A stretch of DNA of 64,000 nt from Terriglobia bacterium (GTDB lineage: Bacteria; Acidobacteriota; Polarisedimenticolia; Polarisedimenticolales; JAIQFR01), in assembly GCA_963748015.1 (NCBI GenBank), contig CAVVHE010000004.1, positions 1,536,001 through 1,600,000 of the forward strand, given 5' to 3'. Made by a program: the position numbers and the translations under genes. Below, piece after piece: positions 46,480 through 57,426 of this stretch (its first letter is position 1; every line of letters starts with the position of its first letter). The notes beneath the pieces were generated by a model. The model ran no database searches and was not told the origin of the DNA. It saw nothing but the letters and a program-made list of their open reading frames with translations.

Positions 46480-47781
46480 GTGAAAGTCCTGCTCGTGGGT
46501 GGAGGAGGGCGCGAGGACGCGCTGGCCTGGGCGCTCCACCGCAGCCCGGACGTCCGTGTCCTGCGCTGCGCCCCGGGCAATGCGGGGATCGCGAGGCACG
46601 CCGAGCGGGTGCCCGTCGCGGCGGAAGACGTGGACGCCCTGACGGAGCACGCCCTCCGGGAGCGATACGACCTGGTCGTCGTCGGCCCCGAGGCTCCGCT
46701 GGTCGCGGGGCTCGCGGATCGCTTGAGTACCGCGGGGCTGTCGGTGTTCGGCCCCTCGAAGGGCGCGGCCGAGATCGAGGGCAGCAAGGTCTTCGCCAAG
46801 CGGTTCATGGATCGCCACGGCATTCCGACGGCTCGCTTCGAGGTGTTCGAGGACGCCGGCCGCGCGATCTCCTTCCTCGGCTCGAGCGACGTGTCGTACC
46901 CGCTCGTCGTGAAGGCGGACGGCCTCGCGGCCGGTAAAGGGGTCGTCATCGCCCCCGACCGGGAGACCGCGGCGGCCACGGCGACCGACATGCTCACCCA
47001 CGGCCGCTTCGGCGCCGCCGGGACCCGTATCATCGTGGAGGAGCTGCTCCGGGGCCGGGAAGCGTCGTTCTTCGTCCTCTGCGACGGCCGGCGCTTCGTC
47101 GAGCTGGCCACTTGCCAGGACTACAAGCGCGCGCAAGACGGGGATCGCGGTCCCAACACGGGCGGGATGGGCTGCTACTCGCCGTCCGTGTACCTGTCCG
47201 GCGCGCTGCGGCGCGAGATCCTGGACACCGTCGTCGCCCGGACCGTCGCCGGCCTCGCCGAGGAGGGTCGCCCTTACCGTGGCGTGCTCTACGTCGGGGT
47301 CATGCTCACGGACGAGGGACCGAGGGTCCTCGAGTACAACGCCCGGTTCGGCGACCCCGAGACGCAGGTGCTCATCCCCCGCCTCGACGGAGATTGGCTC
47401 CCGGCCCTGGCGGCGTGCGCCTCGGGAAGCCTCGACGGGCTCGCGCTCCGCTTCAAGCAGGAAGCGACGGTCTGCGTCGTCATGGCCTCCGGCGGGTATC
47501 CCGGGGCCTACGGGAAGGGATTCCCGATCGAGGGGATCCGCGAGGCGGAATCGCTGCCGAACGTGATGGTGTTCCACGCGGGAACGGGCCCGGCACCGGA
47601 CGGCGGCTACGTCACGACCGGGGGTCGCGTCCTGGGAGTGACCGCGCTCGGGGACACGCTGGCCGCGGCGCGGGACCTGGCCTATCGAGCGGTCGGCGCC
47701 ATTCGCTGGAGCGGCGCGCACCACCGGAGCGACATCGCCCTCGACGCGGTGCGCGTGCTGGAAGAAAGGGGAACGACATGA
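46480..47781 (+). CDS. purD: Phosphoribosylamine--glycine ligase
   Basis: [41 protein letters not shown]. Confidence 0.97.
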   Translation: MKVLLVGGGGREDALAWALHRSPDVRVLRCAPGNAGIARHAERVPVAAEDVDALTEHALRERYDLVVVGPEAPLVAGLADRLSTAGLSVFGPSKGAAEIEGSKVFAKRFMDRHGIPTARFEVFEDAGRAISFLGSSDVSYPLVVKADGLAAGKGVVIAPDRETAAATATDMLTHGRFGAAGTRIIVEELLRGREASFFVLCDGRRFVELATCQDYKRAQDGDRGPNTGGMGCYSPSVYLSGALRREILDTVVARTVAGLAEEGRPYRGVLYVGVMLTDEGPRVLEYNARFGDPETQVLIPRLDGDWLPALAACASGSLDGLALRFKQEATVCVVMASGGYPGAYGKGFPIEGIREAESLPNVMVFHAGTGPAPDGGYVTTGGRVLGVTALGDTLAAARDLAYRAVGAIRWSGAHHRSDIALDAVRVLEERGTT

Positions 47782-48311
47782 GCGACGACCGGCCGCCGAA
47801 GGTGGCCATCCTCATGGGCAGCGACTCGGACCTCCCGGTCATGGCCGAGGCGGCCCGCATGCTGGAGTCGCTCGACGTGCCGTACGAGCTCACGGTCACG
47901 TCGGCGCACAGGACGCCGGAGCGCACCACGGAGATCGTCCGCGGGGCCCCGGCGCGCGGGGTCAGGGTGTTCGTCGTCGGCGCGGGAAGCGCCGCCCACC
48001 TCGCGGGGGTCGTCGCCGCGCACACCACGCTCCCCGTGCTGGGGGTGCCGCTCCCCTCCTCGGAGCTCCAGGGACTCGACGCGCTGCTGTCCACCGTGCA
48101 GATGCCGGCGGGTATTCCCGTGGGGACGCTGGCGATCGGCAAGGCGGGCGCGGCCAACGCGGCGATCCTCGCCGCCGAGATCCTCGCGCTGTCGGACGAG
48201 GCGCTCGCCGGCCGATTGGCCGCGGCGAGGCGCGAGATGTCGGCCAAGGTCGAGGCGCGCTCCGAGGAAGCCAGGAAGAAGCTCCTCTCGCTCCTCGGCC
48301 GGACGCCGTGA
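47778..48311 (+). CDS. purE: N5-CAIR mutase
   Basis: [29 protein letters not shown]. Confidence 0.97.
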   Translation: MSDDRPPKVAILMGSDSDLPVMAEAARMLESLDVPYELTVTSAHRTPERTTEIVRGAPARGVRVFVVGAGSAAHLAGVVAAHTTLPVLGVPLPSSELQGLDALLSTVQMPAGIPVGTLAIGKAGAANAAILAAEILALSDEALAGRLAAARREMSAKVEARSEEARKKLLSLLGRTP

Positions 48312-49621
48312 GCCGCCCCGGCTACCACACGCTCACGCTCGGGTGCAAGCTGAACCGTTTCGACAGCGCGGCGGTCGAGGCGGAGCTCGAGCACAGAGGG
48401 TACGTCTTCGAATCCGACCTCTCCGCCGCGGCGCTCGTGGTCGTGAACACCTGCACGGTCACCGGCAAGGCCGATGCCGAAGCGCGCCGTCTCATTCGCC
48501 GCGTCCGCCGCGCGAACCCCGGCTGCCGCCTGCTCGTCACCGGGTGCTACGCCGAGCTCGACCCCGGGGCCGTCGGCGGGATCGAGGGCGTGGACCGCGT
48601 CTTCGGCAACCGGGACAAGCCGAGCCTGCCCGTCATTCTCGACGAGCTGGGGATCGGCGCGGGTCCGGAGGCGGCCGCGGCGGACCGGAGGCTCGGCGCG
48701 CCGGCGCCGCGCTTCGCGGGCCGGGGCCGCGCGTATCTCAAGGTCCAGGAAGGTTGCGACCTCGCGTGCTCGTACTGCGTGATCCCGCGAGTCCGCGGCC
48801 GCAGCCGCTCCGTGGGCCCGGAGCGGGTCGAGGCGAACTTCCTCGCTCTCGTCGCGGCCGGATACCGCGAGATCGTCCTGACCGGGGTCAACACCGGCGA
48901 CTGGGGGCGGGACCTCGCGCCCCGGCTCTCGCTCGAGAGCCTGCTCGCGAGACTCCTCGAGATCGCCGGGCCGAACCGGATCCGTCTGAACTCCCTCGAG
49001 CCCCTCACCGTCACCGACGGGATCCTCCGCCTGATGGCCGGGGATGCGCGCCTCGCGCCGCACCTTCAGGTCCCCTTGCAGTCGGGATCGGGGCCGGTCC
49101 TCCGCGCGATGCGCCGGAATTACCGGCCGTCACAGTACCTCGAGCGCGTCGGCGCGCTCCGCGAGGCGCTCCCCGACGCGGCGATCGGCGCGGACGTCAT
49201 CGTCGGCTTCCCCGGCGAGACCGTGGAGCGGTTCGAGGAAACGCTGCGCTTCGTCGAGAGCTCGCCGCTCGACTACCTCCACGTCTTCCCGTGGTCGCCG
49301 CGTCCCGGAGTCCCGGCGGCATCGCTCCCCGGGAGGCCCGGCGGACGCGACGTGGCGGAGCGCTCGGCGCGCTTGAGGGAGCTCGGCGAACGGCGGTTCC
49401 TCGAATTCCGCCGGCGGTTCGAGGGGCGCACGCTCGACGCGGTCGTGCTCGGAGGGCGGCGCGACGACGGGAGCTGGCGGGCGCTGACCGGGAACTTCAT
49501 CGAGGCGGCGGTCGACGGCGAGGACCTCGCGCCGCGACGTCCCGTCAACGTCCGGATCCTGCGAGCGGAAGGCGCCGCGACGCTCGCGGCGGTCGTGGGC
49601 GTACCCGCCTGGGCGGGCTAG
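48308..49621 (+). CDS. mtaB: tRNA methylthiotransferase (MtaB-like radical SAM)
   Basis: [42 protein letters not shown]. Confidence 0.88.
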   Translation: MSRPGYHTLTLGCKLNRFDSAAVEAELEHRGYVFESDLSAAALVVVNTCTVTGKADAEARRLIRRVRRANPGCRLLVTGCYAELDPGAVGGIEGVDRVFGNRDKPSLPVILDELGIGAGPEAAAADRRLGAPAPRFAGRGRAYLKVQEGCDLACSYCVIPRVRGRSRSVGPERVEANFLALVAAGYREIVLTGVNTGDWGRDLAPRLSLESLLARLLEIAGPNRIRLNSLEPLTVTDGILRLMAGDARLAPHLQVPLQSGSGPVLRAMRRNYRPSQYLERVGALREALPDAAIGADVIVGFPGETVERFEETLRFVESSPLDYLHVFPWSPRPGVPAASLPGRPGGRDVAERSARLRELGERRFLEFRRRFEGRTLDAVVLGGRRDDGSWRALTGNFIEAAVDGEDLAPRRPVNVRILRAEGAATLAAVVGVPAWAG

Positions 49622-49633
49622 TCCGCGCGCCGG

Positions 49634-50818
49634 TCAGGGCTTCGCGGCGTCGGCCGCCACCGGCACGACGATGCTGTTCTCGGGCGGATCCCCCGCCGCG
49701 ATCACCCGGGCGAGAATGTCCTTGTGGGTGGCGTCGCCGGTCGAGGTGATCTCGCGATAGCTCGCCAGGACGGCCGGCAGCCCCCGGACGCTCGAATCGG
49801 TGGGATCGGGACGGTCCATGGCCTGGACGTGCAGATGCGGCAGGACCGTGTTGCCGCTGTTGCCGCAGCGCGCGATCGTGTCCCCCGCCCGGACGCGGTC
49901 TCCCGGCTTCACGCGGACGGTCCCCTGCCGCAGGTGGGCGAGCATCACGTAGGTCCCGCTCCCCGCATCGATCACGACGAGGTTGCCGAAGATCCAGGCG
50001 GGCCGCTCCAGGTCCTCGAGAAGCGTGCGCCGCGGAAACTCCTTGAGCCCCTCGTTGTCCGGGATGTCGTTCTCGATGCGAGCCACCGTGCCGTCCACCG
50101 GAGCGAAGATCGGGAGGTCGAAGCTGTAGCTGTCCTCGTTGCGCCGCGTCGTCTCGTAGCCGTCCTTCACGGTGCGGCCGGAAGCGCCGAAGTGGACGAA
50201 GTCCCAGGCATAGTCGCTGCCGAATCCCCCTCGCCGGTGATTCGTCCGGCACCCGTGCCCCTGGGTGACGAGCCAGTAGCCCTCGAAGGGGACCCGGAGC
50301 ACGAGCGGCGCGGGCGAGGAGCGAAGCTCGACCTCGAACGACTCGGTCGAGCGCTGCCGCGTCAGCCCCGCCCGGCTGGAAATCGCGACGTCCAGCCGGA
50401 TCCGGCTCGCCCCCGGCGGAATCCGCTCGAGGCAAATTCCGAACCACTCCACGGAGGACTTGCCGGCGACCTTGCGCTGCCGCTCGATCGCCGCGTCCTT
50501 GGCGAAGAGGACGGAGCCTAGGTCGTCGGTGCGCAGGGTGCGGCCGTCCGCGAGATACCCGACCGAGACGTCCTCGATCCGGACCGTCCGCGTTCCGCGA
50601 TTCGCCATGTCGAGGTTGAGAACCGCATCCGCGCGATCGCGGCAGGCATGGGCGACGACCGCGCCACCCCTCGCGGAGATCTCGAGCTCGGTCTCGTCTC
50701 CGGCGGGTCGGTCCCCCGCCGGAGACGAATTGGAGCCCGCCGCGAGGGCGGCGCAGGCCGCCAGGGCAAGCCCCCATCCTCGCGCCGCGGCACGGCGTGT
50801 TGAGCGGCGATCGCGGAT
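49634..50818 (-). CDS. M23-family metallopeptidase, secreted (probable ATC start at 50818; first ATG at 50608)
   Basis: H...YAWDF, APVDG, AHL, CGNSGN..PHLH; in-frame signal peptide upstream of the ATG. Confidence 0.8.
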   Translation of the reverse strand: MRDRRSTRRAAARGWGLALAACAALAAGSNSSPAGDRPAGDETELEISARGGAVVAHACRDRADAVLNLDMANRGTRTVRIEDVSVGYLADGRTLRTDDLGSVLFAKDAAIERQRKVAGKSSVEWFGICLERIPPGASRIRLDVAISSRAGLTRQRSTESFEVELRSSPAPLVLRVPFEGYWLVTQGHGCRTNHRRGGFGSDYAWDFVHFGASGRTVKDGYETTRRNEDSYSFDLPIFAPVDGTVARIENDIPDNEGLKEFPRRTLLEDLERPAWIFGNLVVIDAGSGTYVMLAHLRQGTVRVKPGDRVRAGDTIARCGNSGNTVLPHLHVQAMDRPDPTDSSVRGLPAVLASYREITSTGDATHKDILARVIAAGDPPENSIVVPVAADAAKP

Positions 50819-50836
50819 GGGGGACCTCCCGCGGAG

Positions 50837-51115
50837 CTACTTCTTCTTGATGAGATCCTTCAGGGACTTCGCCACGGTGAACTTCACCACCGTCTTGGCG
50901 GCGATCTTGATCGGCTCGCCGGTCGCGGGGTTGCGTCCCATGCGGGCCTTGCGCTTCACGACCCGGAACTTCCCGAGTCCCTTCAGCGGGACCTCTCCGC
51001 TCTTCTTCACGGTCTTCTCGACGAGTACGGTCAGCCCCTCGAGGGCCGCCTTCGCCTGCTTCTTCTCCAGATTCGCGGTCTCTGCAAGGGCCTGGATCAA
51101 TTCGGTCTTGGTCAT
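50837..51115 (-). CDS. hup: HU-family DNA-binding protein
   Basis: MTKTELI, GLGKF, RKARMGRNPATGEPIKI. Confidence 0.95.
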   Translation of the reverse strand: MTKTELIQALAETANLEKKQAKAALEGLTVLVEKTVKKSGEVPLKGLGKFRVVKRKARMGRNPATGEPIKIAAKTVVKFTVAKSLKDLIKKK

Positions 51116-51186
51116 CGAGTTTCCTCCCTTGGCTCGTGCCAGATGAGACTATTACCATCTGCGCTCGACAGAAATCAACCGAAAAA

Positions 51187-51666
51187 TTAGGGCTCCCTTC
51201 GACTCGGCCCCGCGTCCGCGGCGGAGCGCTCCGTCCCCTCGACGATCTGCTCGCGCCTCGCGCGCGTCGGCCAGAGCGCTCCGGCGAGGATCAAATGGGC
51301 CGCGAGCCCGACGAGCGCGAACGGCTCGCGAGAGACGTGGAACGCGATCACGCCGAGCAGCGAGGCCGCCTCGGTGCACGCGAGCCCCGAGATCGTCGCC
51401 TTGCGCAGCGCGGCGGCGCGATCCGCGGGGCGAGCGCCCGGGGCGATCCGGTCGAGGATGCCCCGGTACCACCGGTTTCCCGCGGCGAGGGCGACGAGGC
51501 CCGCGAGCGCCGCGGGGGCGACGAGCGCGCGCGACGGCGCGGGCGGCGGGACGAGGAGCGCCGCGGCGAGCAGCACGATCGGGGTCGCCGCGAGCATCGC
51601 GGCGATGCCGCGCGTCGCCGCCAGCATGCGCTCGACTTCCGGCTCTCCCGCGACCGGCTCGCTCAA
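51187..51666 (-). CDS. Hypothetical membrane protein (~4 TM)
   Basis: TTG start overlapping the upstream stop; hydrophobic segments; LACTE..LLG and LWPT motifs. Confidence 0.6.
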   Translation of the reverse strand: MSEPVAGEPEVERMLAATRGIAAMLAATPIVLLAAALLVPPPAPSRALVAPAALAGLVALAAGNRWYRGILDRIAPGARPADRAAALRKATISGLACTEAASLLGVIAFHVSREPFALVGLAAHLILAGALWPTRARREQIVEGTERSAADAGPSRREP

Positions 51667-52322
51667 CGCGAACCCTCCGCGCGCCGCTTGTAGCCGCGCT
51701 CGCCGGCCTCGATCCTCACGGAGAGACGGTTCTCCGCGGGGGTCACCGGACACGCGAAGCGCTCCGGTGCGCCGTACGCGCACAGCGGGTTGTACGCGCG
51801 GTTGAAATCGAGGACGTACGGCCCGCCGTCGGGGCCGGCGAGATCCACGTACCGGCCGGCCGGGTAGGTCTCGAGCCCCGTGGTCGCATCGGTGAACGGG
51901 AGGAAGAGCGCGGCGGTGCCCGCCGCCTGCGGCGTGTCGAGCAGGCGGTAGATCCGGAGCCGGCACCGTTTTCCGTGGATCTCGAAGACGACTGTCCCGT
52001 ACGTCTCGCACGGCCTCGGCTTTCCCGTCGTGGACAGGATGGTGAAGCGCTGCGGCTTCTCGTCGCGCTCTATCGGCCCGCCGAAACGGTAGGCCGGATC
52101 GGGAGCCCAGTAGTCGAGCCCCTTGAACGACGGCACGTCGGCCGCGAGGAGCGGCGTCTCGGGCGACGTTCGGAGCTCCTGGTCCTTCGCCGCGCGCTCC
52201 GCCGCGATCTCCGCGGCCCAGCCCGGCGGCGGCGCGGAAACGGCCATCGGGCGCTCCCCGCCGCCGCAGCGCAGGAGACCTGCCACCGAAAGCAGGACCG
52301 CCGCGCGAATCACCCTTCGCAT
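51663..52322 (-). CDS. DUF1684 family protein
   Basis: FKGLDYW..DP, LFLPFTDATTG.ETYPAGRYVD, LDFNRAYNPLCAY, CPVTP. Confidence 0.9.
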   Translation of the reverse strand: MRRVIRAAVLLSVAGLLRCGGGERPMAVSAPPPGWAAEIAAERAAKDQELRTSPETPLLAADVPSFKGLDYWAPDPAYRFGGPIERDEKPQRFTILSTTGKPRPCETYGTVVFEIHGKRCRLRIYRLLDTPQAAGTAALFLPFTDATTGLETYPAGRYVDLAGPDGGPYVLDFNRAYNPLCAYGAPERFACPVTPAENRLSVRIEAGERGYKRRAEGSR

Positions 52323-52342
52323 TCCGTTCCCTCCCCTCCCGG

Positions 52343-55310
52343 CTACCAGCTCACCGGAACCCGCGCCGACCGCCCCGCGTGGTCGCGGTACAGCAAGTAC
52401 CCCCGCTCTCGTCCGAGGTCGAAGATCCGTCTCGTGACCTCGACGTCCTTCTTGCAGTACGCCTCGATCAGGTCCACGCGCCCTTCCTTCCACCATGCGA
52501 GACTCTGCAGCCCGTCGGCCGACTTCGACTCTCCGAGGTTCGCCTCCGCGAGGTGGCCGAGCGACAGCCGGAACCCGAGCCGCCTGTGGATCTCGGAGAG
52601 CATGTCGAGCGTCCGGATCCGTCCGAGGTCCCACTCGGTATACCCCGAGAGCACGACGAGGTCGAACCGGTCGATGTTGAAGCCTACCACGCAGTCGGCC
52701 ATCGCGAGGTCCAGGAGCAGCCTGTCCACGTCCTGCTCGGCGTAGGTCCGGTACTCGTCCTGGGCCATGTCGTACACCACCGCGAGGGCGAGGCCCATCC
52801 GGGAGGCGTTCTTCCAGCCTCCGACCTCCTCCGCGCTCCGCTGCGTCTCGAGATCCATCACGAGGACGCGGCCGCGTGGCTCGGCGGGCGGCGCCGCCCG
52901 GGATCGCTCCTCGTCCCGGGGCGCGGCCGTCGCTTCCGGGACGTTGCCGCCGCGGGTAATGCCGTGACGGCGCCGCGGCCGCGGAGCGGGCGATTCGGGG
53001 GCCGGCGTCGCGGGCTCCGCGGCCGGCTCGGCGGAGGCGGCCGTTTCGTCGAGAGCGAGGTCGTCCCGGCCGAGCATCATCTCCAGCACGAGCCGCGCCG
53101 CCGCTTTGTCGAGCGGCTTGTTCCCGTTGCCGCAGCGGGGCGACTGGATGCAGGCGGGGCATCCGGCGTCGCACGGGCAGGACTCGACGAGCTCGAGGGT
53201 CCGGCCGATGAGCCTTTCGGGATCGCGGAAGGCCTGCTCCGCCAGCCCCGCCCCGCCGGGAACGCCGTCGTAGAGGAAGATCGCGGGCCCGCCGGTCTGC
53301 GGGTGCCCGGTGTACGAGATCCCGCCCACGTCGCCGCGGTCCGCGATCGCGAGAAGGGGGAACAACCCGATCATCGCGTGCTCCGCGGCGTGGAGCCCGC
53401 CCATGAAGTGCAGCCCCCTCGAGGCGAAAGCCGCCGCGGCGCCTGGAGGTATCTCGATCCAGAACCCGGTGGTCTCGTAGACGAGCGGCGGCACCGACAG
53501 CGGGTGCGTCGAGATCGGCTCGCCTCCGAACAGCCGCTTCTTCTGGTATTCCCGGATGCGCACCGTGACCTTGAGGCGTCCGTACCCGAGCGGCAGGCGG
53601 CCGAGGCGTCCCGACTCGAGCCTCTCGAGGATCTCCGTCTCCTTCTCGCCGAGGACGACGGTGAAGTAGTCCACGCGGGCGGGCTCCGCGTCCACGCGCC
53701 GCGCGTCGGTGTCGAGACGGAGGATGCGGAAGGACTGCCCCGCGTGGAGGTAGATCGCGCCGGGATGGCATTCGTGGAACACCCGCATCCCGTCCACGGT
53801 CCCGAGGAGCCGCCCGGTGCGCGCATCCACGATCGTGTACGGAGGTCCCGCCGAGCGGGGACTGACGTCCCGCTGGGGGTTCTTGCGGAAGGAGAACCAC
53901 CGGACCCCGTCTCCGTCGCGAACGAGGCGCCCCTCGCGCTCGAGCTCCTCGGCGAGTGCCGTGGCCCGCGCCCCCGATCGCCTCGACCTCCGAGCAGGTG
54001 AGCGGCAGCTCCGCCGCCGCGCAGACGAGGTGCTGGCCCGCGACGATCGCGTTCATCGGATCGAGGACCGCCCGCTCGAACACCTGCCCGAAGAACATCT
54101 CGGGGTGCGCGACCACGTACTGGTCCAGGGAATCGGGGAGCGCGATCATCACGACGAGCGCGTCGCGGTCCTTCCGGCCGACGCGCCCGATCCGCTGCCA
54201 GGAAGAGGTCATCGAGCCGGGATAGCCGACGAGCACGCACACGTCGAGCCCGCCGACGTCGATCCCGAGCTCGAGGGCGCTGGTGGCGAGGACGGCGAGG
54301 AGGTCTCCCTTGAACAGGCGCGACTCGATCTCGCGCCTCTCTTCGGGAAGGTACCCCGCGCGGTAGGGCGCGAGGCGGCGCCTCAAGCCCGGCGCCTCCT
54401 TGACGATCCACGCGTGGAGCAGCTCGGTGATCCTGCGGGCCTTGGTGAAGGCGATCGTCCGGAGACCGTGCCCGGCGGCCTCCGCGACGACGCGGACCGC
54501 CACGGTGTACGGCGAGACCGCCACCGGGTTGAGGAACACCACCTCGCGCCCCACAGCGGGGGCCCCCGAGCGATCCACCACCTCGAAGTCCTCGCCGACG
54601 AGCATGCGGGCGAACTCTCCGGGGTTCCCGACGGTCGCGGAAGCGGCCAGGAACCTCGGCTTCGACCCCGCGGCGGCGCACAGCCGTAGGAGGCGTCTCA
54701 GGATGTGGTGGACGTGCGCGCCGAAGATCCCGCGGTACACGTGCAGCTCGTCCACCACGACCCAGCGGAGCGCCTCGAGGAACGGACGCCACTCCGCGTG
54801 GTGCGCGAGGATGCCGGCGTGGAGCATGTCGGGGTTGGTGATGAGGATGTCGGGAGGCTCCGCCTTGATCTTGCGCCGCTCGGCGGCCGGCGTGTCGCCG
54901 TCGTAGATCGCGATGCGCGGGGGGCGCAGACGGCCCGTCGCCGCCGCCAGCTCGCGAAGCCCGCCCGCCTGGTCCTGCGCGAGCGCCTTCGTCGGGTAGA
55001 GGAAAAGCGCCTTCGCCCCGGTCCCCTCGAGAACTGTCTCGAGGACGGGGAGCGCGAACACCAGCGTCTTCCCCGACGCCGTGGGCGTGACCGTCAATAC
55101 GTTGCGCCCCGCGCGCGCGGCGTCGAGCGCTTCCGCCTGGTGCGACCAGAGGCGCGAGATCCCGCGCGCTTCGATCGCCTGCCGCAGCTCGACGGGGAGC
55201 GGCCGGGCGGGCTCGGCGAAGCGGGCTTCCCGGCCGGGTATGCCGCGATGGTGCGCGACCATCGGCGCGATTCCCGGGTGCCGGAGGAGCTGCTGGACGA
55301 ACTCGCGCAT
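52343..55310 (-). CDS. YprA/MrfA-like DEAH helicase (DUF1998) fused to a C-terminal DEDD/RNase_H_2 exonuclease domain; indel near 53970
   Basis: TASGKT, DELH, SALELGID, QRIGRVGR; HAAEH, CPCDAGCPAC..CGN; DLETQR, GFNIDRFD, YCKKDV. Confidence 0.88.
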
Positions 55311-55387
55311 CGATTCTCCCCGGCGGATGGAGGCGGGACGGGATTATGGCACGCCGGGCGGCGCGCGGCTCCGGCGCGGAGAGGCGG

Positions 55388-56752
55388 TCAGGCCCGCGGC
55401 GCGGACCGGAAGCGGCCCAGCTCGATCATCGCCGCGCCGAGCAGCAGGAGCGCCCCCGCGTTGGTCGTGGCCGCCACGAGCGCGGGGTGGCCCTGCCCGA
55501 TGATCGCCTCGAGGGGCCGGTTGGCGAGGAGCACGACCGCGATCGCGACGGCGGCCGCGAGCCCACCCGTAATCCGCGAGGACGCGCCGGCGCGCGGACG
55601 GAGGAGCCAGAGCGCGAGCGGGATCGCGAGGACGAAGTAGTGGACCCAGACCAGGGGCGAGGAGAGCAGGTAGGCCATGCACCCGGTGCCGGCGAGGGCG
55701 ACGTCTTCCTTGGTCGCGCACGACGTCTCTTCGCCCCCCGTCCCAGCCGGGCTCGCCACCGCGCGCTTCGTACCCAGCCAGAGGAATGCGGCCGCCGCCG
55801 ACAAGATGGCCAGCGCGAGCAGCGGCGCGAGGCGGGCGCCGAGCTCGCCCGCGACGAGGCGCGCGAGGGAGAAGTTCCCGATCCGGACGCCGACGATCTC
55901 GGGAGGGAGCGAGAGAATCGCGGAGAGCCAGCTCCCCCACGCCCCAGCGGTGCCGAAGTAGAGGCTCGAGACGACGAGGACCGCGAGCGCCGAGGCGGCC
56001 ATCCCGGCCGCTACCCGGGTAGCCCTCGCGAACGCGCGCAGGACCGCCCAGCCCGCGAGCAGCAGCACGGCGACCAGCGCGAGGTTCGGCTTGAAGAGGA
56101 CCGCCATGCCGAGGATCGCCCCGGCCGCCGGGTCGCGCCACGGCCGGCGCGGGAGGGTGCCCACCCACAGAACGAGGGCGAGCAGCCCGAGCTGGATCAG
56201 GTTCACGTTCCCGACGCGCAGGTCGGAGCGGTAGGGCGCGTACGCCTCCAGCAGCAGCACGACCGCCGCCGCCGCGAGGGGCGGGTAGCGGAGCACGCGG
56301 CAGAGGAGCAGCACGCCGCCGAGACCCGACAACAGGCTGACGAGCACGTGGATGGCGTGATCGCGATCGTAGTCGCCGGTGGCCGAGGCCCCCGCGAGCG
56401 TGTACAGGAACGGCGTCGAGTAGGTCTCCAGCACCTTGCGCCGGGAGACGGCGGCGGCGAGGCGCTCCGAAACCTCGTCCCGGGGAAGCGACGCGAGGAT
56501 CTCGGCGCCGATCCTGCTCCTCCCCTCCTCGCTGTAGACGTCGGCGCCCCCCGAGCGCGAGACGCCCTGCCCCACCGCCCAGAACTGGTAGTAGTCGAGC
56601 CCGCGCCAGGTCCTCGCGTAGGACCAGCCGCGCCACGCCGCGATCGCGACCGCGAAGACGAGCACCGCCCGCTCGCCCCACACGCGCAGCGGGGCCCGCG
56701 GCCCTCGCGGCTCCTCCCCTTCCACCCGGCGCCTGCGATCGGATGCGCTCAC
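55388..56752 (-). CDS. GT87-like (DUF2029) membrane glycosyltransferase
   Basis: DYYQFW, YSTPF, GNVN, FKP, SPLVWVHY; many TM helices. Confidence 0.8.
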   Translation of the reverse strand: MSASDRRRRVEGEEPRGPRAPLRVWGERAVLVFAVAIAAWRGWSYARTWRGLDYYQFWAVGQGVSRSGGADVYSEEGRSRIGAEILASLPRDEVSERLAAAVSRRKVLETYSTPFLYTLAGASATGDYDRDHAIHVLVSLLSGLGGVLLLCRVLRYPPLAAAAVVLLLEAYAPYRSDLRVGNVNLIQLGLLALVLWVGTLPRRPWRDPAAGAILGMAVLFKPNLALVAVLLLAGWAVLRAFARATRVAAGMAASALAVLVVSSLYFGTAGAWGSWLSAILSLPPEIVGVRIGNFSLARLVAGELGARLAPLLALAILSAAAAFLWLGTKRAVASPAGTGGEETSCATKEDVALAGTGCMAYLLSSPLVWVHYFVLAIPLALWLLRPRAGASSRITGGLAAAVAIAVVLLANRPLEAIIGQGHPALVAATTNAGALLLLGAAMIELGRFRSAPRA

Positions 56753-56778
56753 GTCGGCGAATTATAGGGGGCGAATCG

Positions 56779-57426
56779 TCAGCGGGTCCCGTCGAGCAGA
56801 AGATCCGCGACCTCGGCCACGCCGTCGACAACCCGGTCCGCGAGCGAGAAGTCCGAGGTGCGGGCCAGCTCGGTCCGCACGATCCAGCACGCGAGGCCCG
56901 CGGCTTTCGCCGCCGCGAGGCCCCGCCGCGAGTCCTCGATCACGAGGGCCTCGTTTGCCCCTACCCCCGCCACCTCGAGCGCCTCGAGGAACGGTTCGGG
57001 GTCCGGCTTCGAGTGCCTGTAGTCCTCCCGCGTCAGGACGAAATCGAAGTAGGGCCTGAGGCCGCTGCGCCGGTGGATCGTCTCGAAGTGGCGCCTGAGA
57101 GAGCTGGTGACGACGCCCATCGCGAAGCGCCCGTGGAGTCGCGCGAGCGCCTCGCGCGCGCCCGGGACCGCGAGGTCGCTCCCCTCGAGCAGGCGCTCGT
57201 ACCGCTCGTTCCGCTCCGCGCGGAGCGACTCGACTCGCTCCGCGGGGAATCCCCGCTCGACCGCAAGGTGCCACGCCCCGCGCGACTGGACGAGGAACAG
57301 CTCGTGGAAGAGGGCCGGGGTCAGCTCGACGCCGAAGCGCGAGAGGATCTCGGCGGTCGCCTTGAGGTAGAGCGGCTCCGTGTCCACGAGGACTCCGTCG
57401 TTGTCCCAGAAGACCGCGCGGATCAC
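56779..57426 (-). CDS. HAD-IA family phosphatase
   Basis: WDNDGVLVDTE, VTSS, KPDPE, IEDS. Confidence 0.92.
   Translation of the reverse strand: MIRAVFWDNDGVLVDTEPLYLKATAEILSRFGVELTPALFHELFLVQSRGAWHLAVERGFPAERVESLRAERNERYERLLEGSDLAVPGAREALARLHGRFAMGVVTSSLRRHFETIHRRSGLRPYFDFVLTREDYRHSKPDPEPFLEALEVAGVGANEALVIEDSRRGLAAAKAAGLACWIVRTELARTSDFSLADRVVDGVAEVADLLLDGTR

Noticed and set aside
51663..55310. 1215-aa helicase-DUF1684 fusion ORF
   Set aside because: Frameshift near 53970; DUF1684 has its own start and signal peptide
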